NCBI GenBank assembly: GCA_036172245.1
Contig: JAYWIR010000014.1
Coordinates: 2,852,001-2,916,000 of the forward strand
Direction of reading: 5' to 3'
Source: Raillietiella orientalis
Taxonomy: Eukaryota
DNA: 64,000 bases
Shown here: one piece after another, positions 25,861-39,169 of the stretch
Layout: every line of letters begins with the position of its first letter
How positions within the stretch are numbered: position 1 is the stretch's first letter
Notes under the pieces: model-generated
What the model saw: only the letters and a program-made list of their open reading frames with translations
Databases searched by the model: none
Told to the model about the DNA's origin: nothing
Made by a program: the position numbers and the translations under genes

Positions 25861-27229
25861 TATTAGAATCAATCTGTGCATCAATCTGTGTGGAGTGGGC
25901 TCCTGTGGTTGTTTTGCCACGATCTTTCCTGATTGCCGCTGTTCGGGATTCCGGTGGGCGCCTGCGTCACGGATGTCTTCACGTTCTGACCCGGCGGCAC
26001 ACGTCGCCGCCCAGCTCGCGGCGTGGGGCGCTTTCGGCGGCGAGCAATCCGTGCGCCCCCGTCGTGGTGATTCCCGGAAAAACAAGGAGGTGGGATCTCC
26101 CCCCCTCCCCCTTCCTCCCTCCGCCCGTTCGGAAACCGTTCGCGGCCACGAGCGCGGACGGCTCCGTCCGTGAGTCATCGAAAAGCTGCTTTTACGGTCG
26201 CTACCGGGAAATTGTTTTATTGTGGCGCGAGCTCTGCAATCTTCCCCGAAGTCGGAAGGCCGGAGGAAAGGTTTGCTATCGAGGGGGACTGCCGGAGATC
26301 GCGAATGCGTCGCCCGGGAGGGCTGCGGACTTCCTTCCTTCCCGTGCACGCCGACGGCTACGCAACTCGTCACCCGGACCGTGGGCTGCTGCTGCGCAAA
26401 CGCGTTGCTGTTCCACGAGATCCGGCGTTTTGAATGATGGCAATGATTCTGCAGATGGGTGAGGGTTGCCCAGTGTCCATGATGAAATATTGATTCGAGA
26501 TAGGGGGGGGGGGGGAGGAGAAGACACCCACACACATCTTTGACAGAATCAGGCACACACACACACACACTCACACACACCATGAGGGAAGCTGGGCGCC
26601 TAATAAGGTGTTCCGTAATCGTACGGATGCACTAGAGCAGCGGCACGAGCGAGAGAGATCTGGGATCTCCAGCATCCAAGTCCGCGGATTCGCCGATGCA
26701 GCGAGCACGTGTTCTTCCTGGGAACAAAGGACGTCTGGGGAAGAAATGCGTGCGGAATGGTTCCCATTGCGTTTCGCGAACCAGCGGAAGAAAATGAGTG
26801 ACTCTGTCTCCGAAGCTTTGACATAACGAGCTTTCCCGTCCACGCGATGAATGCAAGAATTATAAGGTCAATGGACCTTGAAATTTTAAATGTGTCAAAG
26901 TCATTGTGTTTGCTTATAAACGTCATCGTGCTGTCCAAGAAGTCGGCAGACGAACGATGAAAAATTTCATCGGCGAACGAAATCAAAAACGCGGTTGCAG
27001 GATGGCTGAATGGCGCGAAGAGCAAGTCCTCCTCCTCCCCCACCTTCTTCCTTTTTTCTCTTTTTTTTTTTTTTTTGAAGAAATCGCAGGAATGTGGACG
27101 CAGCTTCCATTTTTCCTCGTTGATAAATCCTGGAGTCTTTCATTTCGGAATAAAAAATGGCAAAATCGCGCACCGCTCCCAGCGAGGTTTTTCAGCTGCT
27201 TTCCAGATGAATCGATAAATAAATAATCA

Positions 27230-29650
27230 TTGCGTGAGTGTTCCATCTGCGAGATGGTCAGCGCTACGGGCATCCAGAGAACAACGCGCTTTGCAGACCG
27301 AGCAGCAAGATCCGAACAAAGTGCTTGCAGCAAGGAATGCTCCTTCAGCTCTTGTTGTGAAGCTAACTGCATTATCTGCAAGGATGAAGAAGATGAAATT
27401 CATAACAGGAAAAATCCCGTTCCCTCCATCACTCGAGACGCTACACTGTAGCAGCGAAGCAGGAAACGAGTTATTATTTGATGATCTCCAGACTAATGAT
27501 ATGTTTAGGAGAGGTACAGAAATTTTATGCGAACGTTTTGTTTTGGGAATCTGCTTTCGAATCGCCTTCTCGCCTGGATGGGCAAGGAGAGGATGCTCCC
27601 GCGGGGACCAACGCAAGCCAATCCGAGCCAGGGAGCTCCTTCGAAATCGGAAGGGAGTGCGAGTACGCCTGTGGGTGTAGGAGGAAGGGTGCCCGCTTAT
27701 TGAAAGCAGACGAGAAAGTGAAAATGAGGCGGGAAAGGGTTAGGCATCCGTCTTCCAGGAAGCGACAGGATGGGAACTGCGTGCGAACGGGGTGCACGGG
27801 AGTGGTGCAATAGGGCGTGTGCTGCGACTACCGCCCGCGACGTGTTCTCGTCATAATCCTACACTGACGAGGGCGCCCTCGTCCACCCTTCCCTCAGAAA
27901 CCTTGCTGGAACGACGACGTCAGGGCTGGCACACTTTGAGTTCAGGAACACCGATCTGGATCTGGCGTTCCCAAAAATTCATGTCGTTTCCTTACTCTCC
28001 GCTTCCTCCCCCTCCAGTCAAATCGTTGTGCTGCCGCAAAGGCGTCTGAAGTGTTCGTTCCCAATACCTGACCCGCCAGGTCTCCTCCATCTTCAAAGAG
28101 CAGGCTGAACTTGCCTGCAAACGCGTGCTTGACCTTTTTGCATTCTGATGGCACGTTTGAATCACGGGTCCATCGGAATCATCATCTGCGTGTTTTTTTT
28201 TTTTTTCCTTCTGGGAGGAGGGTGGGGTCTACAAAGTTCTCAACGATCTGCCTGTCAAATTCTATTCATCCAAACACAGACATGTACGGATAGATTCCGA
28301 TAGACGGTTAGATGCAAATGTAGATAGGTTCACGTAAAAGATATGTAAACATGGATGTGGAGTTATCAAGAGTTTGAATCCATCTGCAAGATATGCGTCG
28401 ATGGCTGCTCGGCGGATTTGCAAAGGCAGGAAACAGAATTGCAGAGCCGAATATCTCCTGCTGAAATCCGGAAGAAAATCACCGCAGCAAGGAGGCTGCT
28501 GCTTCCCGTCGCTCGCAGCCTTTCCGAATGCTGGCAAAGCAAAAGCTTGGCGCGAATCCTCCGCGAGACAGAAGAGGAATTTGCGACCGACGTTCGTTTA
28601 CACCTCGTGCTGTTTTTCTGCCGTTCCCCCCCCCCCCTCACTCCCCCCTCCCCCGGCTTTCTTTTATAGTTTCCTGATCTCCGAAAACAGGAGTTGTTGC
28701 GGTTCCAGAATGCTTTTTTTTTTTTTTTCTTTTCCTTCTTCTTCTTCTTCTTCTTCCCGTAACTTCGGTTCGAAATTTTTCCGATGCAACAGTCGATCGT
28801 TGCTGTCAAGTGCCATGGGCGACTGAGAGGCACAGAATGGTTTTCACACGGAGGAATTTCAGCTTGCCGAGATGCTAGGAGCAGAGATCGCAGCCTGACC
28901 AGAAAGCGCGACGCTTCGAAACGAACCTCGGCGGTGATTTCGAATCCGCAAGGACGGGAGCGGATGTAACCGATGAGGAAAACAGCAAGGACAGGATGGA
29001 AAAAAAAAAAAAATCCAAAGCACGTGCTACCCTCATCACGGAACGTTTCCAGTTTTTCGTCAAGGATGCCTAAGCAACCTGTCAAGAAAACTCCACGCAG
29101 AGATTCCAGGGGACAACCGCGAGCTGCCAGCCACTTGGTATGGCTGACATGAATCCGTAATCGGCTTAGAGCAGCTCGTTAAGTGAGGCCCATTACAAAG
29201 GCGTAAACAAAAATACAGTTAGAGCTTCAGACGAGAAAATTATCGATTTATTTCATTCCTTTCTATTCTCCGTGATTTTTTTTTTCCTTCTTCTCCCCCC
29301 TCCCCTCTCTCGTGACTCCCCGTGAGCTTCTTGGTGTTTACTTATTCTTGCCTTCCGATAAAAACGCATACGGTGAGGCTGCGAACGCTGCTTGGTCATG
29401 CGCAAAGGAACTGCCGGACATCCCTCTTGTTACAGGAACTTCCTGAAATGCGTACTTCCTGTCTGCGACAGCAGGCGAACGCTGCTCGCATCCTTTTTTT
29501 ATTCCAGATTTGAAAACGCCACTCGAAATATTTGATCAGCCAGGCAGAGGGAGATAGCATCTCTTTCGGAAAGTTCCGTTTCAATTGGGTGATGTCAGAT
29601 GAAAATCTGCAAAATGGCCACAAGGAAGCCACACGAATTCAGAATACAAA

Positions 29651-29698
<48 letters not shown>

Positions 29699-32600
29699 AA
29701 GAAGACGCAGCGAAGGTGAATGCGGTCAGTGATGAGAAGATCCGAATATCTTTATTGATAGATCGTAACACACTTCGAGCAGAAATGTTACAAGGCTTCC
29801 ACAGATACCTCGTGATTTGCATCCAAATTACAGCTGCGATGGCACAAGATCCACCACGCAGTCGATTCTGAGAGCCAGAGTGGAACACGGACTCGTGCCC
29901 CCTCCGTGGAAGACTCTGGCGCGTTCCCATCCAACGGAACAGTTCCTGCAAGACCTGCCCAGACAGGTCTTGTAAAAGTGAGGCTCCTTCCGGTTTCTGC
30001 CTTGAAACGTCCAGAAAGGAAAGCGTTCCGGAATCTTCCCATGCTCCCGATTTGGAAACCATGGTACGGCCGTTTCTGGCACCCTCCAGGCAAACCATTC
30101 ATTCGCCTCGTTGTAAAGGTCAAGCCGAACGCTTTCCGAGGTGGCAAAATAAAAAAGTGGTGGACGAAACGGAAACCAGAAGATTTATTTGTGGCTGCGG
30201 TACGGGAACCGAGCCGATCTGCGTTTTTCAGAAATCCCGGAAGCCTCATCAGAAGCTTTCAGATCTGCATCATTCTGGTTGAGGAAACCTCTTCAGACTG
30301 GCGAACCTCACCAGTGCAGGAAGGGTTGATCGATGCTCCTTCTTCGAAGCCCATTTGCCTATCACAGAATACTTGCCACATCCGACCGCGAACAGGACAT
30401 CGGTTGCGTGGCTTTTCCGGATCGTGAGGTAATTTGCGTTATTGCCTCCACTAGCCCTGGGCACGCTGAACTGCCCGCTCCCGTCCTGCTGCACCTGAAG
30501 ATGGTGCTGGTCGATACAGATATTCGACAACACACGGATAAGTAGATCGAGAAGCTGTGCGAAATGTGCATTGGATTTCATCCTTTTTCCTCTTTACAAG
30601 GTTCGGGTGCTGAGGTGGTTCTCTATCCGATGGGGCTCTGTCCACCAATGTCACAGAATGCTCAACCTCCGCTCAGTGTTTTAGGAGATGCCCATCGTTT
30701 GGATGCGCACACTGCTCGATGTAATGCGCACCGGATTCATGCACCACAAGCGTTCACTAAGCAACGGATAGGAGTGATCATCATGGATGATATAGTGTGA
30801 ACCAGATGCAAAGTTCATCAGAATGTCTTTTGCCTCGAAACTGGCAGAGGATAGGAAAATTAAGGAATAAAAAGTGCTTCCTCCCTTCCTTGAAGAGTGC
30901 ATTTCGAGTGCGAGCAAATGACCCCTGTCTTCGTGACAAGACAAACTGACCTCGATCCTCTTAGGAACACTGGTGCTAAGGTAACCGGCTAGAAGCAAGG
31001 AAACAGAAGTTAGTTTTCGAGAGAGGAGGATCAGAAGGACGTCGAGAAAATCTCTCCGTGTTCAGAACTGACACCAAAAACTTCAGCGCTTTGCCCCGTC
31101 TAAGGGTGTTGGCGTTGAGGACGCATTTCCCAAGAGACGGAACTTTTTGTCTGTTCGCCAAGGAAAGATAGAATTTTTAATTTCTTCACCCTTTCATCTC
31201 ACTCTTGCTGACATTTTCTTCGTCGCAATTAGATCTGGGGGTGATTTTGAAGTGTTCCGAAAAGAGGGCTCTGTCTTGCCTTCCTTGCTTGGGACGACGC
31301 AACTGGCTTCTGGAACCCGAACTGAGGATGATGCCTCCACCATTGATCCTCAGTTGGTGTTTTCCGAGTGAACGGAAGTCTTCCCGAAGCTTTGTTGGGC
31401 TCTGCGCCATTTCACTAGGAATCACCTAACGCCAATGATAGAGCCATTCGGCCGCTTTCGGTAAGATCGGCGGTTGCACTTAGTAGCACGTGATGTCTTA
31501 GCTCTGTCCGGACGCATAACTTCCCAATAGCTACCACGAGGCACCCCCGCGAAACTCACTGTGGTTCCTGTTCCAATGCTCTCCGACTTATTTGCTCCAG
31601 CTCTCAGGAGAACGCTAGCTACTTCCGTGGGTGAGAGAGAGACAAGATCTGAGAACGGTGCTGCAGAAGATCTTGCTCCAGGCGCGAGTTTTCCAGCTCC
31701 GAATGGCTCCCCCGTTAGCACCGAACGAAGTGTTGTCGTCGCCACCTTCGACAAAACGTGGACCCCCGAAGTCCTGACATCTCCTTGAACTTCTCACCTG
31801 CTTTCTACTTCCCCCCGCCAGCCACAGCAGTCTCGTCTCGGATCCTACATCTTTCGTCGGAACTTTTCCCGAGTGCGGTTTCTTTCTAGAAGATTCGACC
31901 CCTTCTTTCGCAGTCTCATTCCGGAAATTGCTGAGAGCCACAGGAAGGGAATTTTTCCTTTGTTCATCGCCTTGAATCCTCTGGTTCCTTCTGGTCACAG
32001 GAAGCTTCTGGAGAAGCTCTCTGCTAGCCAAGGGGCTTAAGATGGAAATGCAGATGAAGGAAGGGAGGTGGGAGGGTCTTTGGTTCATAGGAAACGGAGA
32101 AATCCTTCCCGGCCTGCATCATGGTCTTCGTCTAAATCTCGGAAGGATTTCTGTGTGACTTCTTATGATCTGAGGATTCCTTCCTGCTTTTCCATCTGCA
32201 AAAGAACGAAAAAGCATCTTCGGCTCAGGAAACCGAAACCGCAGATGAAGGAAGGAAGGGCTCCTCCACCTCTGTGAGGTCATAAAGCACGAGAAAGCGG
32301 GGGCGGAACGAAGAACGACCGACTCCCCTCTGGAACTCTTCCGCAGCAGAGAAGGCGAGGGAGTATTCTCGGGAGAAGCCGCTTGTGGGAGTTCTGTCAG
32401 CCCCGCGAGGGAGCTGCTGCTACCACCCCGTGCACAGGCGGGCTCAGCACCTTCCCACGCGGCCCTTCGACTCTTGACCGATTTGCTTGCGTCAGTTGGG
32501 TCGCCGGTTCTTCAGGTGCTTCCTAATTCACGAGTAGAGGCCTGCCGCCTCCTCGTCTCCCCTTCCCCTTGGCCGGCCCCTTTCTGCGGAGCCGACTTAC

Positions 32601-32960
32601 CAAATAAGCCCTGACAGATGTGGGAGGATGCTAGGCACGAACACGCAGAGCTTCATTTTCGTCAATTCTGATCCTCCGTCTGCAAAGGGCCCACTCTTCT
32701 CCCTTCGGCGGGAACTACGGAGTGAATTGCCCGGACGCGTACGTTTCACCCAGACTGAGGACCGCTCTCGAAGGAGGGATGGTTTGACCGAACGCTCTTC
32801 CCTGACTGAGCGCTCAGCCGGTGGTCCGTTGCCGAGTCCCTCACTGAAGGATCGAGTGGTTCGCGGTTGAGCCCCTACCCCGGGGAGCGTGGACCCGTGC
32901 AGCCCAAGAACGGAACCGACGACGTCCACTTTGAGTAGCAGCGGAGAGGCGAAGTGCATC
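27230..32960 (-). mobile_element. Decayed full-length L1/Tx1-like LINE
   Basis: ORF1-like KMKLCVFVPSIL (~32650). Endonuclease: VLNANTLR..K and LSKTNF (31000-31130), EDRGHLL..YIIHDD (30780-30930), LLDLL, FSVPRA. RT: KRDVRQF (~29420), LAVVPWN, FEITAEVRF (~28930). Then LLFEDGG (~28095) and CSVCK..ADHL (~27260-27310). Confidence 0.6.
29656..29697 (+). repeat. Poly(A) run, 42 nt
   Basis: Directly visible. Confidence 0.95.
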
Positions 32961-34899
32961 GGGGAGAACGAAGTCAGCAGCGCGAAGATGCAGCTGCCAT
33001 TCTATCTCCAACGGACCTCTCGAGCCTCCTGCCCCAGTGCTGGTCGGAGATCGGTTCGTTTGCGTGCTGTTTCTGGAACGAGCAGCTAGGCATCCGCGTA
33101 CTGGGAGAGTCGTCGAGACAATGCTGGAAAAGGAGAAAAAAAAAAAAACGGGTGGGACCTCTGTTCTACCACGCATCCCGCGCGCACCAAACCAGGATCG
33201 CGCGTTCTGCTGCAGACGGGAGGCTTTCCTCCCCCCCCCCTCCCATCCCGTCCCGCACCCGAGGTCAGAATAAATCCGGAAAGGAAGCGCCGCGGACGAT
33301 GATGGACGTCAGCGGAAGTTTCGAGGGCGGAAAGCGAAAGTCCCTCGGATGCTCCTCGGTTCGTTCGAGATTTCGCTTCGGGGATCCCGAAATAATTGGG
33401 AGATGCCTCTCGTGCTTCACGTTTCGCGAGAGATTTATGAACCGCGAGGGACCGCGAATAAATATAGCTTCTCTTCCGAGGAGGAGGACTTCCGCTATTT
33501 TGTTGACGAAAGGTCCGTCCGCGTCTCTCCACTCGCCCGCTCTGCAGCACGTTGCTCCTGCTCTTCGTGCCGGGACGCCGGAACAGCCGCTTTCACCAGA
33601 GGATCCCAGGGAAACGGAAGGCCGGTTGCTGCAGACGGCATCCTCCTGCTTGCTCCGACGCGCGAGACGCTGGAGCCCTCCTCCCGTCTTTTGCTGAATT
33701 CGTTCTTTCGTGTACAAGTCCTTGCATCGTGCCTGCTCTGCATCCACACTGTGTCCAATATCTGCACACTTATGTACATTTATATATCTACACCTCTTTG
33801 TCTGTATATGTATACAGATACTCATATCTGTATCTATTCCTGAATTCATATTCATATCGATATCATCTATAACTATATTTATATCTACACCTGTGCCTTA
33901 TATCTATATCTACCTCATCCATGTGTTCATTGATCTATCTATCGATTCATCCGTACATCAATCCTCTGATTCACCGGTGCATCTATCGAGAGACAGGGAG
34001 GGGCGGGAGACGGAGGAGGGGAGAGAGACGCGCATTGCGCATGTGCACCGAGTTATCCTCAAGCGAACAGCTCAGAGTAGCCCGAGCTACGTCACGAGTC
34101 CGTCGAAATGGAAAGCCCGTAGCCGTCGACCCACCTCCTACGATTCAGGACGCTCTCTGTCCACGTGGAGCCGCCGGCTGCGTTCGAGTCTCCTCCCCGG
34201 CAGCGATCGCATCCGCCGAGGAATCCTCCCCTCCCTTTCCCCCGTCTTCCGGAGCTCCGCGGCAGCGCAGTACCCGGCACCCAGGAACGCCGAGGACCAA
34301 CACCCGGGAGCGGATGCCGAGTGAGGACTCTCTTTCGCTCCCTACGAGCGGTGTCTCGGGGCGGTCCCGGGATGACTGCGGAGGGAGGACCAGCGGCCTC
34401 CTGCCGTCGTCCTTCTCAGGAAAGAAGGCGGCGAAGTTTCCCTGGCTGCAGGAACGCCCGTCAAAAAGTCACCGGAGGCGGCGAAGAAGGGACACGCCGG
34501 GTGGATGGAGAGGTGCGGGCGGGGTTTCCTCCCTCCCCTCGCTCGTCCCGTGGGCTCCTCTGCAGCAGCTGCGCGCGGGGCGCCGGGTCGGCTGTCCCTC
34601 CACCGGCGCCTGGTGCGAACCGGACGACCCCAGCAGCGGTTCGAACATTCGGGGGTCTTCGGGCTCGGGAACGCGTCCCACAGGAGCGTGCGCGCGCTTC
34701 CAGACGGAGCGAGAGAGAGGCAGCGAAGGAGGGGAACGATGGTGGGGAGGCGGAATGAATACGCACTCCGGGAGGGGGGGAGGGGCGGGTTCGGTTGTTC
34801 CGCTCGGAGGTCTCTTCCCGCCCCGCGCCCCTCCCCTCCTCCTCCCTCTGATTCGCCGAGTCGGCGTGGAGCCACAAGCACGCGCGCGGGGTGGTGGCG

Positions 34900-37250
34900 G
34901 CGTGGACCCGCGCCGTGAGCCCGCAGTTAAGCAACCATCAATCTGCAGTTAGACGAGAGGCGTTGCGTACCTCGTTGAGGCGCCGAAGAAGGCTGCTTCG
35001 TGCCGAGGTCGCACGTCCTGCGAATTTCGTTCTTGGAAACACGAGTCGTTAATGGTCCCGACCAGGCCATTCCTACTCCCCCCTCTCCCCTTTGGTTGTT
35101 CTTCTTTTCTTTTGCTCCCTCCCCCCCCCCCCCTCTTCTTCCTCTTCCCCTCCCTGAGCGCGCGTCGCAGGGTTACATCTCTAAAAATAGAATGATCTTC
35201 TCTCCGCGGAAGGACGGGAGAAGGAGGGGAGGAGTTCTTCTCCCCCTGTGGACTCCTGTGGAAACCAGACCCTACGGACAGTGTGAAACCGCCCTCGAAG
35301 GGCTGCCACGAAGGTCCGAGAAAAAGAGCCCCCGGACGCGGTGACTGCTGCAGGGAGAGGAAGGTCCTGTTGGGATGGGCGGTTTCGCGTGGCTATCCGG
35401 AGCTTTCCTGAAGGAGGTGCTCCGCGGTGCATCTTCTTCAGGAAAGCGCGCGAAGGGTGTGTAAAGGGTGGGAGGTTCGGAAGACACGCACCCGGAGTCC
35501 TGGTTCGGTTCCTCCTACGCCCTTTGCGGGGAATTTCCCTGGTGGATGTTTCGTGGGGCGGTGGGCGGAAGGACGGACACGACGCCCTGGCACCGGATCG
35601 CACCGGATCTCGAACACGGCGTCTATGTGCTCGTGGGGGAGGAAGGGGGAGGGGGGAAGAAAGTCTGCCTAGCTTTGCCGCCCTCGAACGTGTGTGTGCT
35701 CTGGGAGGGACGTAGCGTACGGAACACTTCGCAGGATGCTCCCTCGGACGCTCCTCCTATCGGTTTCCTCCCTCCCCTCTCTCATTCCCCGGCCGATCGT
35801 CTTCCCGTTCCCCGGAGCTAGGAAGGTCCTTCCGCCTCCGCTTCAAACGAAGCCGCCCCACGTCCGAAACAACAAACAAGCAACAAAGACTCCGAAACCG
35901 GGCACGAAACAATCATTAGGGAAGTGAAGCGAGGTGGAACCGGCCCGAACGGCTGTGCAGCGAAGTTTCTTCCATTTTGGCGGTGGCGGCTTCTTGGCCT
36001 TCCGACGGCACCTCCTGCGAGCCGCAGAGAGGACTTTTGCTTCTTCGACGCGTTCGTGCGGCTCCTGCCTCCCACTCAACGGGACCTCGCCCCACGCGTT
36101 TACCAAACTGCGGAACGTCTTCCGCGGGGACTTCACGCTCTGCAGGAAAAGACGGTTCGAATCCGCGTTGCTCCCGGAAGTCATTGCGGAGAAAACTTCG
36201 AAAGCAAAGGGGGAGGGGGGGAATCCTCCGCGGTTAGAAGTCCGTGGCAGCTTTACCGGATCATCCACTCCCTGGCCGCCCTCGCCGCGTTCGCCGTCTT
36301 CGGCCGGCAGCACCAGAAAGAAGTCCAGGTCCCGACTGCTTTCCTTGTTGACTCTTCCCGCTTGCGGCCGGCTCCGACGCCTCCTGCCGCCTTGAGGAGG
36401 GAAGAGTAGGGGCAGCGGCCTCGAGTGGAAAAGCAGCCGAGGAAACCGGGGGAGGGAGGGGGAGGCGATCCGTCCCGACTCCGCGGCCTGCTCGCAACCC
36501 GCGCTACGAGCGGGTGATTCTGACTCGGGCGCCGCCGCTTCTGCGCGGCTCGTCGCGAGAGACTATAGCCGCCGTTCGGATCCGGCCGCGAGAGGATCGG
36601 AGGGAAAACGCAAGCTGCCTACGCTCGGGAGCCCAGATGAAACGAGAACACGAGCTCTGAAGAGATGCCGCGCGGCGGATGAAAGACGCCGGCCGCCGTT
36701 CGCTCCGAAAGCGCTCCTCCTTTTCCTTCATTTCAATTAGGGATCGAAGAAGTAAACCCGGTCCTGAGGATCTCTCGATCGGAGCGCCAGCGAAGACACG
36801 ACGGACGCGCGCGAAACTTCATTTGCGCCGAAGGTGGACGAAGCTGGAAGGAAGATGAGGCGACACTTCGCCACGTGATTTACGGTTCCGTGGGGTCCTG
36901 CGCTCTCTCTGACTGCGGTGGACGTAGCGGGCGCGCGCTGCAGTCAGAGAGACCCGCGCGGTGGAGTCCTACAGCGGAATGGAAAGTTGCCCCCCCCCCT
37001 TTCCTCGCTCTCTGAAGCTGAAGGGAAGATGGCTAATCGGGTTTTTCCCCGTTCCCTTGACGATGCTGACCAGCCGGTCGTGCACAGGTGCAGCGAAGTT
37101 TCTTCCATTTTGGCATCCTCTTCGTCCCGCCGCATGTGCTGCAAGCGTGAGGCCAAAGTCAGCTCCGCAGCATCCGTGTTCTATTGTAATACAATGTTGC
37201 ACGGCGTTCGTACGGATAGGTCACCACCCCACGTTGCTTGCGGGTGCAGC
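34900..37250 (+). mobile_element. Decayed LINE ORF2 fragments (one or two copies)
   Basis: TRGVAYLV (endonuclease S.GVAIL, ~34960), GTGPNGCAAKFLPFW (PGPDG..AEF..FW, ~35940), VRLLPPTQRDL..YQ (~36060), and a second GAAKFLPFW at ~37090. Confidence 0.5.
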
Positions 37251-37459
37251 AGCCGAGAGCACTTTGGGATGTGCGACCGATCGTCCGATGCAACTCTTCC
37301 TGCGCGTCCTGTGAAAATCACAGCCGATTTTTTTTTTTTTTTTTGCAATGGAAGGCGAAGGTCTATGGCGAGTGCGACCAGGTACCAGCGTGATGTTCCT
37401 CTTCCGCTCCCTCAAAAAAAAATAAAAAATACTCTGTGAAATTCGGCAACCGTTGCGGG

Positions 37460-38260
37460 CTCATGGAGGAATACACAGAGCAGAGATCGAAAGAGATGTG
37501 TCCTCCTTGATTGTGTGGGCGAGTAAATTACAGGTGTGCAAACTGATCCGTGGCCACTGATTGTGATGCCAGACGGCTTTGGAGGATCCTGTATCCAAAT
37601 ATTCAGCGAAGAAGCCGTGCAAGAGTACCCTTTCTCTCTGCGTCACAGTCTCACTAATGGCGGCGATTTGTGAGCCGTAAACAGTTCGAACGTAATAGCT
37701 GTGTTTACGACCTAATTGTTTCCATGCCGACGAAACCTTCGGTATGCCCTTTCGGATCCACAATTAGTAGAAGTTCTTAAAGCCGAAGAACACAGCTGGA
37801 GCGGGGTTGTTGAAATTCGTCTGTGGTCTCTCACAAACATGGCTATTAATGGACGAATAACAACCGCCGTTAGTATACGAAAGAATGAAAGCAAAAAAAA
37901 AAAAAAAGCAGAAAAGAAAGCAGAAACAAAGCACAGCGAGAATTCTGTATCTGCATGGGAAAGATGGTTCATGATAAAAGCACAGCAAACCTACCTACAT
38001 CGCATTTGGACCACTCGCTAAATTGGATAAGCAAGGATACAGCAATCTTGCACGAACTGGGATCGACTGTCTTGGAACCACACGATAAACCTAGAAAAAC
38101 CCCTTGGAAAGTAGGGGGAAAAAAATGTCTGCACCGTCAATGGTAGCAGATAGGTTGGTACATACGTATCATTCAGATTCCGTTCAATCAGCCTTACCTT
38201 TGGTGTGTTGAAGATCCTGGTTGCCCTTAGTGACGCCTGCATCTTTTCAGGTGACAAGGA
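37460..38260 (-). mobile_element. Decayed LINE endonuclease relic
   Basis: ASLRATRIFNTPKVRLI (SLNVRGL..K-like, ~38230), VRTVYGS (NVYAP), VLLHGFF (IL.GDF). Confidence 0.4.
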
Positions 38261-39169
38261 GAACAAGAAACACTGCTTCCAAGGAGTGGCTATCCAACGC
38301 TCCCGGCATCACACCTCGTGGATGCAGACGTCTCTTTTGCACTGAAAAATAAAAGTAAATAAATAGATAGATAAACGAAAGCAAATAAACCGAAATCTAT
38401 GTTTATTGATGAGCATCCGAGTTGTTGCAACTTCAATAAAAGGAAAGAAAAGCAAAGAGTTTCTCCCTCATTCCCCCACTGTACAGGCTCGTGGTGGCGA
38501 TGCCGGGGAGGGCTGTCCCGCTGTTTGCAGATCTTCCAGTTATCCACAATGGAAAATGCTTCAGTCCGGAAAAAAAAAACACACAAAAAAGGGAAGGAGC
38601 AAACATCGCGAGGTCTCGAAAGGGTACTCAGCATCCCGATCAAAACAAGAGGTTTGACCCTGTTATGGTCTATAATGACAGTCTGCTATTACTATGCAAA
38701 TCTCCAAGACTACGTTTTATGGTCTTCCCTAAATCACCAGAATAAACAGAGTAATCAGTGACCCTGCAACTTGTCCTCTCTAAACGACTGACCGTTGCGT
38801 ACATGCGTTTGATGGAAGTGGAAGTACCATTTTTTTTTGTTTGTATTCTCACGAGCGCAAACTTTTGAATTTGAGGTCGCGGTGGCGGTTAAGGTCCGCC
38901 GTCCTCAGTCCACATTCGAGCTGAGGTTGCGTTCAGTGGGATGTGCACTCCAAGATGCCCACTGTTTTGTCCGTAGGTGACGCAGGAAACGGTTAGCACG
39001 AATTCTGCAGCAGCTAAGATGAAATGGAATTGGTATCCGGAGGAGCTGGGAGTTGAGCAGCCGCTTCAGGGAAGGCGAAGTCACCTCGGGAAAGATGAGT
39101 CTTGCAGCGTAACGAGGGAGAGCGGAAGGTGCGCGGTAGGTGGATCTGTCGAAGCAGGAGGAAAGCTAG

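Noticed and set aside
29656..29697. Poly(A) run as a retro-insertion tail
   Set aside because: No target-site duplication or element body is evident, and A/T homopolymers are common throughout the window
27227..32656. Multi-exon minus-strand gene starting with a signal-peptide-like exon MKLCVFVPSILPHLSGLI|GTAAGT
   Set aside because: The assembled exons give no recognisable protein, and the same DNA is better explained by colinear LINE ORF1, endonuclease, RT and zinc-finger motifs
35955..37114. CRISPR-like repeat
   Set aside because: Only two copies, 1.1 kb apart, in a eukaryotic genome with no cas genes
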